Of a DNA stretch of 64,000 nt, positions 55,520 through 63,761 are shown one piece after another (position 1 is the first letter of the stretch; each line of letters starts with the position of its first letter). Made by a program: the position numbers and the translations under genes. Under the pieces are notes generated by a model. That model was not told the origin of the DNA and made no database searches. It was given only the letters and a program-made list of their open reading frames with translations. Origin of the DNA: a virus; IMG/VR virus record IMGVR_UViG_3300008952_000015, positions 64,566-128,565 of that record; one strand, given 5' to 3'.

Positions 55520-55966
55520 TTATTCCTCGAATGAAGGCTCATCAATCGGGCTGGACAATTTATTCCCAGCCGTTTCGACGGCATCCACAGTTGACCGCAG
55601 CAACTCTACGACCTCAGAGAAATCTTCCGAACCGAGCTTAGCTGGCTTTGAACCCTTGCCAGACCGGACCCTAAAAGAAATCTGCCCATCATCCTGCCGA
55701 ATTGTACGTCGCACAGTCTCAGCAGCCGAAAGATTCTCGTCTTCAGCCTCAGGAATTCCATTCTCGGAATATCCTTCCAATGCCATGACATACTCTCGGT
55801 ATTGGTCAACAGGCAAAACCTGCGCTCCGCTACCCTTACCACGGTTCGTGGCAAAACTTACCATCGGTGTTCCATCGTCATCAACAGAAACCGACATAGT
55901 TTGTCGAATAACCTGTGCTGGGCTTTCGCTATGGTCGCTTGCAAAAATGTTAGTCTTATCGCTCAT
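55520..55966 (-). CDS. Paralogue 3 of the triplicated protein
   Basis: See 46151; two tandem promoter motifs at 56024 and 56095. Confidence 0.8.
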   Translation of the reverse strand: MSDKTNIFASDHSESPAQVIRQTMSVSVDDDGTPMVSFATNRGKGSGAQVLPVDQYREYVMALEGYSENGIPEAEDENLSAAETVRRTIRQDDGQISFRVRSGKGSKPAKLGSEDFSEVVELLRSTVDAVETAGNKLSSPIDEPSFEE

Positions 55967-56222
55967 AATTTATCCTTTTTCTTGCGGCGTTTGGTTGAAA
56001 GTAATATCGGGTGCCGCACAACGATATAACTGATGTAGAAAATAATCTCAAATTTTCTATCTGCTCTTTTTCTCTTGTCCTTTCCTACACAACGATATAA
56101 CCGATGTAGAAAATAATCTCAAATTTTACCGTAAAACTATTGCCCGGCGCAGGGCAGAGATGGCGGGAAGAAAATGAAGTTTTTTTCTTCATCAGTTATA
56201 TCAATGTGAAAGGAGACTAAAG

Positions 56223-56441
56223 ATGAATAAACCATTTGAGAACGAAGGAAAGAATGAAGTAATCGAGAATCTTCTTGAAGAATTTTCGAAGAAAATCGGG
56301 ACGCCTCGAAGTATTGCTTTCAAAACAAATACTTGCGTCACTTGTGGCGGCGAAGCTAACGACTTTCGAGATACGACTTCCAAGAAGGAATACTCTATCT
56401 CCGGCATGTGTCAAGCCTGTCAGGATAAGATTTGGGGTTAG
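56223..56441 (+). CDS. Small Zn-ribbon protein
   Basis: CVTCG...EYSISGMCQACQD; promoter motif at 56183. Confidence 0.7.
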   Translation: MNKPFENEGKNEVIENLLEEFSKKIGTPRSIAFKTNTCVTCGGEANDFRDTTSKKEYSISGMCQACQDKIWG

Positions 56442-56518
56442 GAAGTATAGTATATACCTGTAAAGGTAAAATATACCCAACCGTTAGAATTTTTCAACCA
56501 TAAAAATAGGAGAAAATT

Positions 56519-56749
56519 ATGGGAATGCAAAGAAATCGATCTGCTCGTCAAGCAGAGGCTAAAGAGAGGGATGCTGCTCGGGCAGAACTTACCGATCAGC
56601 AGCAGCTTGATCGACTGGATACAATCCTTGGAGTTGGGATTGGGGCGAAAAAGGAGCGAGCAAGGCTCGCCAAGCGAATTGTTGAGGTTGCAAAAACTAA
56701 GACCTCGGCTCCAAAAAAGAAAAAGAAGGCAACCAAAGGGAAGGAGTAA
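56519..56749 (+). CDS. Small basic protein
   Basis: AGGAG RBS; stop codon supplied by the 15-bp motif. Confidence 0.7.
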   Translation: MGMQRNRSARQAEAKERDAARAELTDQQQLDRLDTILGVGIGAKKERARLAKRIVEVAKTKTSAPKKKKKATKGKE

Positions 56750-56825
56750 AACTATTGCCCGGTGGGGACAGAATATAAGATTTATTTCTTCATCGGTTAT
56801 ATAGTGATGTAATCAGGAGGTAAGC

Positions 56826-57095
56826 ATGGGATTGATAAATGATGATGATACAGGCCGACCGTTATGGTATCGAGCCATCCACCGCAAGGTTTTGGTGGTC
56901 TACACCGAACACGCCTTTGGTGATGACCGTGGAGTGTGGGCTGCTTATGTAGTCCCAGTAAAGGGTGAGAATCATAATAAGGAAGCCCAAACTTGGCGCT
57001 CAGAAGGCGTTAAGATGACCGAAAGTGAGGCTCGTGCTATATACGGTGCTGTGACAGAAGATTTTGACAATCGTGGTTTGAAGTATAATCCCTAA
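56826..57095 (+). CDS. Hypothetical protein
   Basis: GGAGG RBS; promoter motif at 56785. Confidence 0.7.
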   Translation: MGLINDDDTGRPLWYRAIHRKVLVVYTEHAFGDDRGVWAAYVVPVKGENHNKEAQTWRSEGVKMTESEARAIYGAVTEDFDNRGLKYNP

Positions 57096-57101
57096 TAAGG
57101 G

Positions 57102-57515
57102 ATGGGAGGCGGTATGTTTGACGAATTGGTAGGACAAGCGGTCCAGGCAATCATTCTTGAGAAAGAGGGCCAAACCCTTATTATCAAAACCGACAAGTAT
57201 AAATATACTTTCGTTGCGGAAGGTGACTGCTGTGCTGTCGCCTATGTTTTGGAGCCTGACGAAGAAGATCTGAGGGATTTTCTGGGGAACAAAATTGTTC
57301 AAGCCACCTCAAGTGCCGTTAGTGTTACTAACGATGATTGGGGAAACCAGACCGATACCGAATTCTACAACCTTCGAACTCACAAGGGAGAGCTAACCCT
57401 TGAGCTTCGGACAGAACATAACGGATATTATTGTGGCTGGCTGATGCTGGTCGGCAGGGAAGAACTGTGGCCTATCCATGATGACATTCGAGAGAAGGCA
57501 ATCCGGGGAATGTAA
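57102..57515 (+). CDS. Conserved phage protein (DCC...NGYY)
   Basis: GDCCA and HNGYYCG motifs; stop codon lies inside the 15-bp motif. Confidence 0.7.
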   Translation: MGGGMFDELVGQAVQAIILEKEGQTLIIKTDKYKYTFVAEGDCCAVAYVLEPDEEDLRDFLGNKIVQATSSAVSVTNDDWGNQTDTEFYNLRTHKGELTLELRTEHNGYYCGWLMLVGREELWPIHDDIREKAIRGM

Positions 57516-57595
57516 ATCTTTTGCCCGGCCGGTGGAGAATTTGAAATAATTTTCTTCATCGGTTATATCATGGTGTAACAAACACGGAGTGTAAG

Positions 57596-57901
57596 ATGAG
57601 TGTAGAATTCGATTACGAAGATATTGAAGAAGGCTATAACGTCGAAAATGAACAATGGTTCTTTTCTGCGGCGATGGTCAGCACTTGTGAGCCGCTTTTC
57701 AATGATTGCGAAGATAATTATGATGTTAGGGCAAAGCTCGAAAATGCTGGTGTCATCGACTCAACTGTTGAGGACGACACCGAATCTTGTCAGCTCTGGT
57801 GCTATTTCAATAGCAAGGCAGACGGCGAAAGCTTCGTTGATCGGCTGAACGAATATCTTGTAAAGAAAGCTGCGGTGCTCGAAGAAGCGGCGGCGTTCTA
57901 A
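57596..57901 (+). CDS. Acidic hypothetical protein
   Basis: GGAG RBS; promoter motif at 57550. Confidence 0.7.
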   Translation: MSVEFDYEDIEEGYNVENEQWFFSAAMVSTCEPLFNDCEDNYDVRAKLENAGVIDSTVEDDTESCQLWCYFNSKADGESFVDRLNEYLVKKAAVLEEAAAF

Positions 57902-57932
57902 AGTAAATCTTTTGCCCAGGGAGGGTGATAAA

Positions 57933-58271
57933 GTGGGATTTTTTAGTTGGAATTGTAATGGATGCGGCCACCCGATGCTGAACCCATACTCTGTGAATGG
58001 CATCAATAGCTGGATGGCGAATGTTGTAGTCATTGAGGGTGGCAGCAAAACTCTGCTGAGAGGCGAGTACGATGGATATGGTCGGGTCGATGATAGAGAT
58101 ATACAGCTCGGACCCTGGAAAGATAATTCCAATCTTGAGAACGAACCATGCTGTTATCACGATGCGTGCTGGGTGAAGGCCGGCGAACCTACAGAATATA
58201 TCCCATCAACGCACGCAGAGGATCAAGGATACTTTTTTGACGATGAACACGATATAGAACCCCCAACGTAA
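57933..58271 (+). CDS. Conserved Cys-containing phage protein
   Basis: GTG start GFFSWNC..C, YDGYG, H..CW and DQGYF motifs. Confidence 0.7.
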   Translation: MGFFSWNCNGCGHPMLNPYSVNGINSWMANVVVIEGGSKTLLRGEYDGYGRVDDRDIQLGPWKDNSNLENEPCCYHDACWVKAGEPTEYIPSTHAEDQGYFFDDEHDIEPPT

Positions 58272-58312
58272 ATCTATTGCCCGCGCACGCACGGGTTTTG
58301 CATGGAGATAGC

Positions 58313-58540
58313 ATGGAAAATAACCAAGGACCAATAACCCTGGATGACATTGAGGCAACTCTAAATGTCCATCGAAATTATTTGCGGCAGCTCGCGCTGG
58401 ATATAATCCTATTGGAAGATGATGATATAAATAAAAGTCTCTTTGAGTATATTCAGGTCATGGGTGAGTTTGAGCTCCTCGGAGAAATGACGGCCCTAAC
58501 GATGAAATTGCACCGACAAAATAATCACCCGCACACATGA
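58313..58540 (+). CDS. Hypothetical protein
   Basis: GGAG RBS. Confidence 0.5.
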   Translation: MENNQGPITLDDIEATLNVHRNYLRQLALDIILLEDDDINKSLFEYIQVMGEFELLGEMTALTMKLHRQNNHPHT

Positions 58541-58783
58541 AAATTTTAACTAAAAAAAGTATCATCATCGGATGATACGTATAGTTAAAAAATCCTTGAA
58601 GATTATTGTAATGTGTGCTACTATTTGTGCAATAACTTTTATTGCACAATATAGCTTCCTTAGCGCAGCAAAAGCTTTTGGCCTTGCGCACGCACAGGTA
58701 CAAAATATCCCGGACCCCGGGCAATAGGTTTACAATTTAAATAAAAGATAGCAGCCGAAAGGCTGCCATCAATTATTACGCGC

Positions 58784-59098
58784 CTATTCTTCAGACGCGG
58801 GCGCAAAGGTAATCTCTCCCCTGCATAGGCCCAAACATACTTCCAGCATATTATTCAGCCCAAGATTGGCAGGGGTAACTGGAATTCCCCAGTTTACATT
58901 CTTCCCAATATCCTCAACGAAGATTCCGCTATAAGGAACATTTCCAAGAATATGAAAAGTTGACTCATGGTGTTTCGGCACTGTGACCGTCACTCCTTCA
59001 TCATTACGATAAGTGAGTCCAATCCTTGTCATTTGGAGGTTGGACTTTTTAAATCCAATCTTTCTCATTCTTGCAAAAAATTGCTTACGAGTCAACAT
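58784..59098 (-). CDS. HicA-like small protein
   Basis: MRKIGF...VTVPKHH pattern reminiscent of the HicA fold. Confidence 0.45.
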   Translation of the reverse strand: MLTRKQFFARMRKIGFKKSNLQMTRIGLTYRNDEGVTVTVPKHHESTFHILGNVPYSGIFVEDIGKNVNWGIPVTPANLGLNNMLEVCLGLCRGEITFAPASEE

Positions 59099-59242
59099 TA
59101 TTCTTCTCCTCGGTATAGGTTTTTACGGAATAATTATCTGCGTCTGCCTGTGCATGTTCGGCCTTTCGCCTCTCTTTGATGCGAGCCTTGATAGCTTCTT
59201 GTCGGCTTCTGTCCGGTTGGGTGATTACCTTTACTCTAAACA

Positions 59243-59425
59243 TTATCCCATATCCTCTAATTCCAGCCAAGCTGAAATGTTTTGTTCAAGGCATCCAGCC
59301 TCGTCATCATTGATGTCTAATTCTTCAAGGACACGCTCACACACGTCATCACCACATTTTCCTGTCAAAACCATGTGAGCAATTTCCATCGCAGATACTG
59401 TCATGTTAAATTCAAAGTCTTCCAT
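59243..59425 (-). CDS. Small acidic protein
   Basis: AAGGAG RBS; promoter motif at 59451. Confidence 0.6.
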   Translation of the reverse strand: MEDFEFNMTVSAMEIAHMVLTGKCGDDVCERVLEELDINDDEAGCLEQNISAWLELEDMG

Positions 59426-59536
59426 TCTAATCTCTCCTTGTTACACTCTTATATAACTGGTGCAGAAAATAATCTCATATTCTGCTTAAAATTTCCCGCC
59501 GCCCGGGGCAAAAGATTTACACACTCACATATGCTC

Positions 59537-60178
59537 TTATTGAACATGATAATCAATGTTTTTAACATCTACTTGCCAACACGCTCGGCAGGGTCCACAC
59601 TTATTATCACGCTTGTATGCCTCACACGGCATGCCCATATTAGCTTGAACGGTAGATGTGGGGAGATCCCCAAAAGATTTAGGCGGTTCCCTTCCAATCA
59701 TTGGAGCGGATAGCCTAACCACAAGATTTGTAGGCCACACATCTCCAACAATCGCCGCTGCCTCTTTATACATCCTATTTTCCTTTGTCGGCATCCAAAA
59801 CTTAATGTTTGGTAGGTTATTAGCTACCGCAACCCACATCAAAAGATGTTTGACAGACTGAATGTCACCGCTGTCATGAATCCTAAAATAAGGGTCGGCA
59901 GGGTCTGTATAGTGACCAATCAAAAGAGTCATCGCCTCAATCCATCGAGGATGCTGCAAGGCTTTTAGGCGAGCTTGGTGAGCATCCTTTACAACTTGAT
60001 ACCTATAGTTTCCGTTGAACGCATAACACTTGCTGCATACACTGCCTTCGACCTTAGCCAGCTTAGCACCTGTTTTGCAGTCAAATGCTGACAAACTTGT
60101 CGACCATCCCGGCATCTTAGATGGTTTGCCTAAGCCGCTTTTATGACCCGTTATTTCTTTCGCCTCACCCAACTTCAT
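59537..60178 (-). CDS. Gp88-like (radical-SAM-related) phage protein
   Basis: C...CSKCYA, FRIHDSGD and CGPCRACW motifs. Confidence 0.75.
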   Translation of the reverse strand: MKLGEAKEITGHKSGLGKPSKMPGWSTSLSAFDCKTGAKLAKVEGSVCSKCYAFNGNYRYQVVKDAHQARLKALQHPRWIEAMTLLIGHYTDPADPYFRIHDSGDIQSVKHLLMWVAVANNLPNIKFWMPTKENRMYKEAAAIVGDVWPTNLVVRLSAPMIGREPPKSFGDLPTSTVQANMGMPCEAYKRDNKCGPCRACWQVDVKNIDYHVQ

Positions 60179-60317
60179 ACCCGCCTCCGTTATTACATAA
60201 CGATATAACCGATGAAGAAAAAAATCTTAAATAGTTTTGTAAAGCTATTGTATCAATCCCTAAAAATTGTTGGCACGATTCTTGCAAGAATACTTTTGTA
60301 AATCTTTTGCCCGGATT

Positions 60318-60361
60318 GAAAAAAAGACCGATGAAACAGGAGGCATTGTTTCATCGGTCTT
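60318..60361 (-). terminator. Intrinsic terminator
   Basis: AAGACCGATGAAACA/TGTTTCATCGGTCTT stem with U-tail on the minus strand. Confidence 0.75.
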
Positions 60362-60391
60362 GAGCAAAAGATTTAGAAACCCATTACTCCA

Positions 60392-60847
60392 TCACCTTTC
60401 CCAAGGTGGACGGGGATCACCACTTCCCCAATTTTCTTCCCAACTATTCCTCATTCGCTGGATTCCTTCGAGTGGAACCCCATGACCATTACGATAAGCC
60501 AACTCCTCATCTGTACACCCGCCATCGTAGGTGCTTACAACAGTTACACGATAACCGTGTTTTTCGGCCATATCAAAATATGGCTGCATCTCCCACCGCT
60601 GGCAAAAGGTGTTGTGAACAACAACGCTTCGACCATTAGCCATAGCTGTAGCTGCACGGTCCTGACAGTGCGCGTGTGCTTGCGGAAGGAGGTTTGGGCT
60701 AAAAATATACTCTCCCTCTGGAGTAGTAAAGAAATCATCCGCTGCCAAAGAAACAGCCCCAGTACCAGCGCAAAGCAGGTTTCCCAGAGTGGTCTTTCCA
60801 GACCCAGAAATTCCTCGAATAAGAATAATAGACTTTTGCATGATCAT
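60392..60847 (-). CDS. P-loop kinase (AAA_33 / N4BP2-like)
   Basis: RGISGSGKTT, ADDFF, VHNT and RNGHGVP motifs. Confidence 0.85.
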   Translation of the reverse strand: MIMQKSIILIRGISGSGKTTLGNLLCAGTGAVSLAADDFFTTPEGEYIFSPNLLPQAHAHCQDRAATAMANGRSVVVHNTFCQRWEMQPYFDMAEKHGYRVTVVSTYDGGCTDEELAYRNGHGVPLEGIQRMRNSWEENWGSGDPRPPWER

Positions 60848-60910
60848 CTCCCTGTGTATCGATATAACTGGTGAAGAAAATTATTTCAAATTTTCCATGT
60901 GTACGTGGGC

Positions 60911-61279
60911 TTACCCCTTCCAGTTCAGCCATTCTTGATCAGTCTGTGGAGCAAGACCCTTCTCTACTCCTAAGTTTACCTGAACCATTCGATCCCGTTG
61001 ATTTTTAAGGATTATATTTTGCTCCTCAAGTTCCACCATTTTAGATGAAAGAAAATGAATATACTCGCCCGCATCCCTGCCGGCATCTTCTTGCCCCTGT
61101 TTATGAGCCTCCTGGATGACAAAGGCTATAAGATCAGCAAGCTCAGGGTAGGCGTTACCGGGGAACCCCTCATCCTCTACCCAGGGAAATTTATCGTAAA
61201 TTGCTTCGTACAAAGCTTCCTCAGGAAAATCTCCCACCACATAATCTGGCGGGTCCATATCGTTTGGTGATCTAATCAT
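60911..61279 (-). CDS. Hypothetical protein
   Basis: 122-aa ORF with GGAG RBS. Confidence 0.6.
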   Translation of the reverse strand: MIRSPNDMDPPDYVVGDFPEEALYEAIYDKFPWVEDEGFPGNAYPELADLIAFVIQEAHKQGQEDAGRDAGEYIHFLSSKMVELEEQNIILKNQRDRMVQVNLGVEKGLAPQTDQEWLNWKG

Positions 61280-61290
61280 TATAGCAACTC

Positions 61291-61611
61291 CTACAAAACT
61301 TGCTTTTTGAGCCAGTCAACAAAATCGAAAGCATTAGTTTTGCCACCGATATTGAACTGAACGGGGGCGGTTCCAGCCCAAAACTCTGATGGGGTAATCC
61401 CAGTATCAGGGCAGTACAAGGTTGTATATTTCCAGTCGTACAGGGTAAAAACTTCTCCCTCATTATTTTCAAAAATATACTCCCCGGAAACTTTATACCC
61501 GTCACATTCAATCGGCTCACCAAACTTCTCGATAAGCTTCGCTGGTGAAAGGTCAACCTCTGATTGACGGTGAGAACCATTTGTATCTGCATCTTGTGAT
61601 AATCTAAACAT
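61291..61611 (-). CDS. Conserved phage protein (paralogue of 32717-33067)
   Basis: Shared motifs; promoter motif at 61632. Confidence 0.7.
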   Translation of the reverse strand: MFRLSQDADTNGSHRQSEVDLSPAKLIEKFGEPIECDGYKVSGEYIFENNEGEVFTLYDWKYTTLYCPDTGITPSEFWAGTAPVQFNIGGKTNAFDFVDWLKKQVL

Positions 61612-61687
61612 TTGTTATCTCCTTCACAACCATATAACCGATGTAGAAAAATATATCAAATAGTTATGTAAATCTTTTGCCCATGAT

Positions 61688-61954
61688 TTATTCTGAATCT
61701 CTTGATGGGGACTCTTGCATACACACGCATCTTGTGGGTGTCACTTCTTGCATGACAACCCCAGTGGCATCGCAGGCACTCTTACACTCCTCTATAATAT
61801 CTTCACTTACCTGAAAAGAATAGAAAAGTACGATAAGGGAAATAGTGGCGCAAATAGCAAGAAATATATCCCGATATACTCTATAGGTATAGAGCTTTCG
61901 AGTTATAGTCTTTAACTCGTCCTCGCACGTTTCTGGTGATAAATGATGCGCCAC
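61688..61954 (-). CDS. Membrane protein with Cys-rich C-terminus
   Basis: TM helix, CKSAC...CVC. Confidence 0.55.
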   Translation of the reverse strand: MAHHLSPETCEDELKTITRKLYTYRVYRDIFLAICATISLIVLFYSFQVSEDIIEECKSACDATGVVMQEVTPTRCVCMQESPSRDSE

Positions 61955-61963
61955 TATTTCCTC

Positions 61964-62299
61964 CTATTTCAAAGATGGGCCAGCTTTCTTCATAAGAGTC
62001 TTTTGCTTATGAAGAAAGCTCGTCCCATCTTCATCTTCGATATAACGATAGACCTTGACCTTGTAACGCTGGCCCTTTTTTATCTTACCATCTTTATGGT
62101 CACGCCTACACGTATGCACCGAAAGAGAAATAAGTTTATTCCAAGTCATTCCATCATCAAGCTCATAACCTGCATCGGCAAGCCACGGACGATCTGCGTT
62201 TTCAAGCAAACCTTCAGGACACGAGCATCCACCTTCGGACGCATGGCATCCACATGAATAATAGTACATTCCCCAATCATCTGGTACGTTATAGCTCAC
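61964..62299 (-). CDS. Cys/His-containing hypothetical protein
   Basis: CGCHASEGGCSC. Confidence 0.55.
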   Translation of the reverse strand: MSYNVPDDWGMYYYSCGCHASEGGCSCPEGLLENADRPWLADAGYELDDGMTWNKLISLSVHTCRRDHKDGKIKKGQRYKVKVYRYIEDEDGTSFLHKQKTLMKKAGPSLK

Positions 62300-62484
62300 T
62301 CTCCACCTCGCGTTTTCCAATCAGGCACAACATTGTAAACTTTCGATCCGTTTTGGATTTCCTCAAGCTCCTCCTCAGTAACCTCAACCGCTACCGTTGG
62401 TTCGCCAGAATAAGTTTCCCCATCCTCAAGCACATAGATTGTGTGCGTCCGGGGCAAAAGATTTACTTTATTTTCTTTATACAT
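62296..62484 (-). CDS. Hypothetical protein
   Basis: MYKENKVNLLP start; VNLLP is encoded by the 15-bp motif. Confidence 0.5.
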   Translation of the reverse strand: MYKENKVNLLPRTHTIYVLEDGETYSGEPTVAVEVTEEELEEIQNGSKVYNVVPDWKTRGGE

Positions 62485-62719
62485 CGTCAAACTCCCATTG
62501 GGCATCGGTGAACTCATACGCACGCTTATCTGATTCGGGCCTATCATTACTCTCAATAATAGTATAATAATACGCTCCCGAACGATGATATTCAACAGAT
62601 TTTATCTCAAGAGCCTGTTCATAGGTTTCAAAGGGTCCAGCCATTGTATCCTGAGATTGAACTCCACTCACGAAACCCATAATAGCATCATCTCTCTTTT
62701 CAACAATCCAAAAACTCAT
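62477..62719 (-). CDS. Hypothetical protein
   Basis: GGAGG RBS; promoter motif at 62739. Confidence 0.6.
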   Translation of the reverse strand: MSFWIVEKRDDAIMGFVSGVQSQDTMAGPFETYEQALEIKSVEYHRSGAYYYTIIESNDRPESDKRAYEFTDAQWEFDDV

Positions 62720-62773
62720 CTCTAACCTCCCTGCTTCAATATAACTGATGAAGAAAAAATACTCAAACTTTGC

Positions 62774-63103
62774 CTACCACCACGATGAATAGATAATCTC
62801 GTACCCATCTTCAATGGCTTTATAGGCCATTGTAATAAACTCCTCGGTAGCATTATCATCTTCGGGTCGAGACTGACCCCAGAAGAACCCGCTTGCAGAT
62901 TCAAGATTTCGATAGTCTTTCTCAAGGCGCTCCAAGTCACAAGGCTTTAGCTTCAACTCAACACAGTTGAACTGCCCCTTGCCTCCTCGACTATGATAAA
63001 GGTCTGCCATCCAGCCCTCAAGATTAGAGTGCTTTCGCCAATACATAATCTCGGTATCTTCTTCGCCGCTCTTTCGAGCGAAAGCATATTGGTCAAGTCC
63101 CAT
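62774..63103 (-). CDS. Conserved phage protein
   Basis: MGLDQY, YWRKH, GFFWG and YSSWW motifs. Confidence 0.75.
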   Translation of the reverse strand: MGLDQYAFARKSGEEDTEIMYWRKHSNLEGWMADLYHSRGGKGQFNCVELKLKPCDLERLEKDYRNLESASGFFWGQSRPEDDNATEEFITMAYKAIEDGYEIIYSSWW

Positions 63104-63251
63104 CTCTTATCTCCTGTTCAACAAAGTTCTTCTCTCACAACGATATAACCGATGTAGAAATATATTTCAAATAATTATGTAAAACTATTGCCCGGGACGA
63201 AAATGAGATTATTTTCTTCATCGGTTATATTGCTATGGGAAAAGAACTCTT

Positions 63252-63327
63252 GGGCCGTTAGCTCAACAGGTAGAGCATCGGACTTTTAATCCGCAGGTTC
63301 TGGGTTCAAGTCCCAGGCGGCCCACCA
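63252..63327 (+). tRNA. tRNA-Lys(TTT)
   Basis: Anticodon loop CTTTTAA; canonical D and T loops; encoded CCA. Confidence 0.93.
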
Positions 63328-63347
63328 TACACAGCAGAGAGGATAGG

Positions 63348-63578
63348 ATGAAAGACAGAGAGTTTGGGGTTATTCTAATGGTCGTATCAGTTATTATTAT
63401 TGGTACAGTTTTTTTCTTCAACAGCGTTGATGCTCCGCCGGAGAGTGCCAGCGAGGGTTACGTTGCGCCGGTGGAATACGTTGACTTTGATGAGCCAATG
63501 GAAATCAGCGTTCCTATAACGCATTACGATTTTAGCGATGAACCTCCCATGTTGATTACGCCCAATATGGTAGATTAG
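63348..63578 (+). CDS. Small membrane-anchored protein (paralogue of 52947-53165)
   Basis: TM helix then Y.DF.E.PM.I twice. Confidence 0.65.
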   Translation: MKDREFGVILMVVSVIIIGTVFFFNSVDAPPESASEGYVAPVEYVDFDEPMEISVPITHYDFSDEPPMLITPNMVD

Positions 63579-63586
63579 CGGAAAGA

Positions 63587-63660
63587 TGGGGCGAGGTGTC
63601 ACAGGCAGACATATCGGGTTGTTACCCCGGACGTTGTTGGTTCGAGTCCAACCGCCCCAG
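63587..63660 (+). tRNA. Atypical tRNA-Asn(GTT)
   Basis: Acceptor TGGGGCG/CGCCCCA + G discriminator; T-arm GTTGG-TTCGAGT-CCAAC; anticodon loop TTGTTAC; non-canonical D arm. Confidence 0.7.
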
Positions 63661-63761
63661 CCTTTCCGTAAATCTTTTGCCCTCGCGAGGGCACTGATTT
63701 AGATAGAAAATGATATATTTTTCTTCATCGGTTATATAAGAGTGTAACAAGGAGATAGACC

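Larger units (their letters stand above)
45311..63682. repeat. Dispersed 15-bp motif GTAAA(A/T/C)CT(A/T)TTGCCC, 26 copies
   Basis: 21 copies on + and 5 on -; positions listed in findings. Confidence 0.95.

Noticed and set aside
46097-56033. Long antisense ORFs 46097-46609(-), 55494-56033(+) and 51227-51502(-)
   Set aside because: Shadows of the triplicated gene; promoter, RBS and protein-level conservation all favour the opposite strand
45311-63682. CRISPR array or mini-arrays built from the 15-bp motif
   Set aside because: Copies are hundreds of bp apart, irregularly spaced and in both orientations; no cas genes are present
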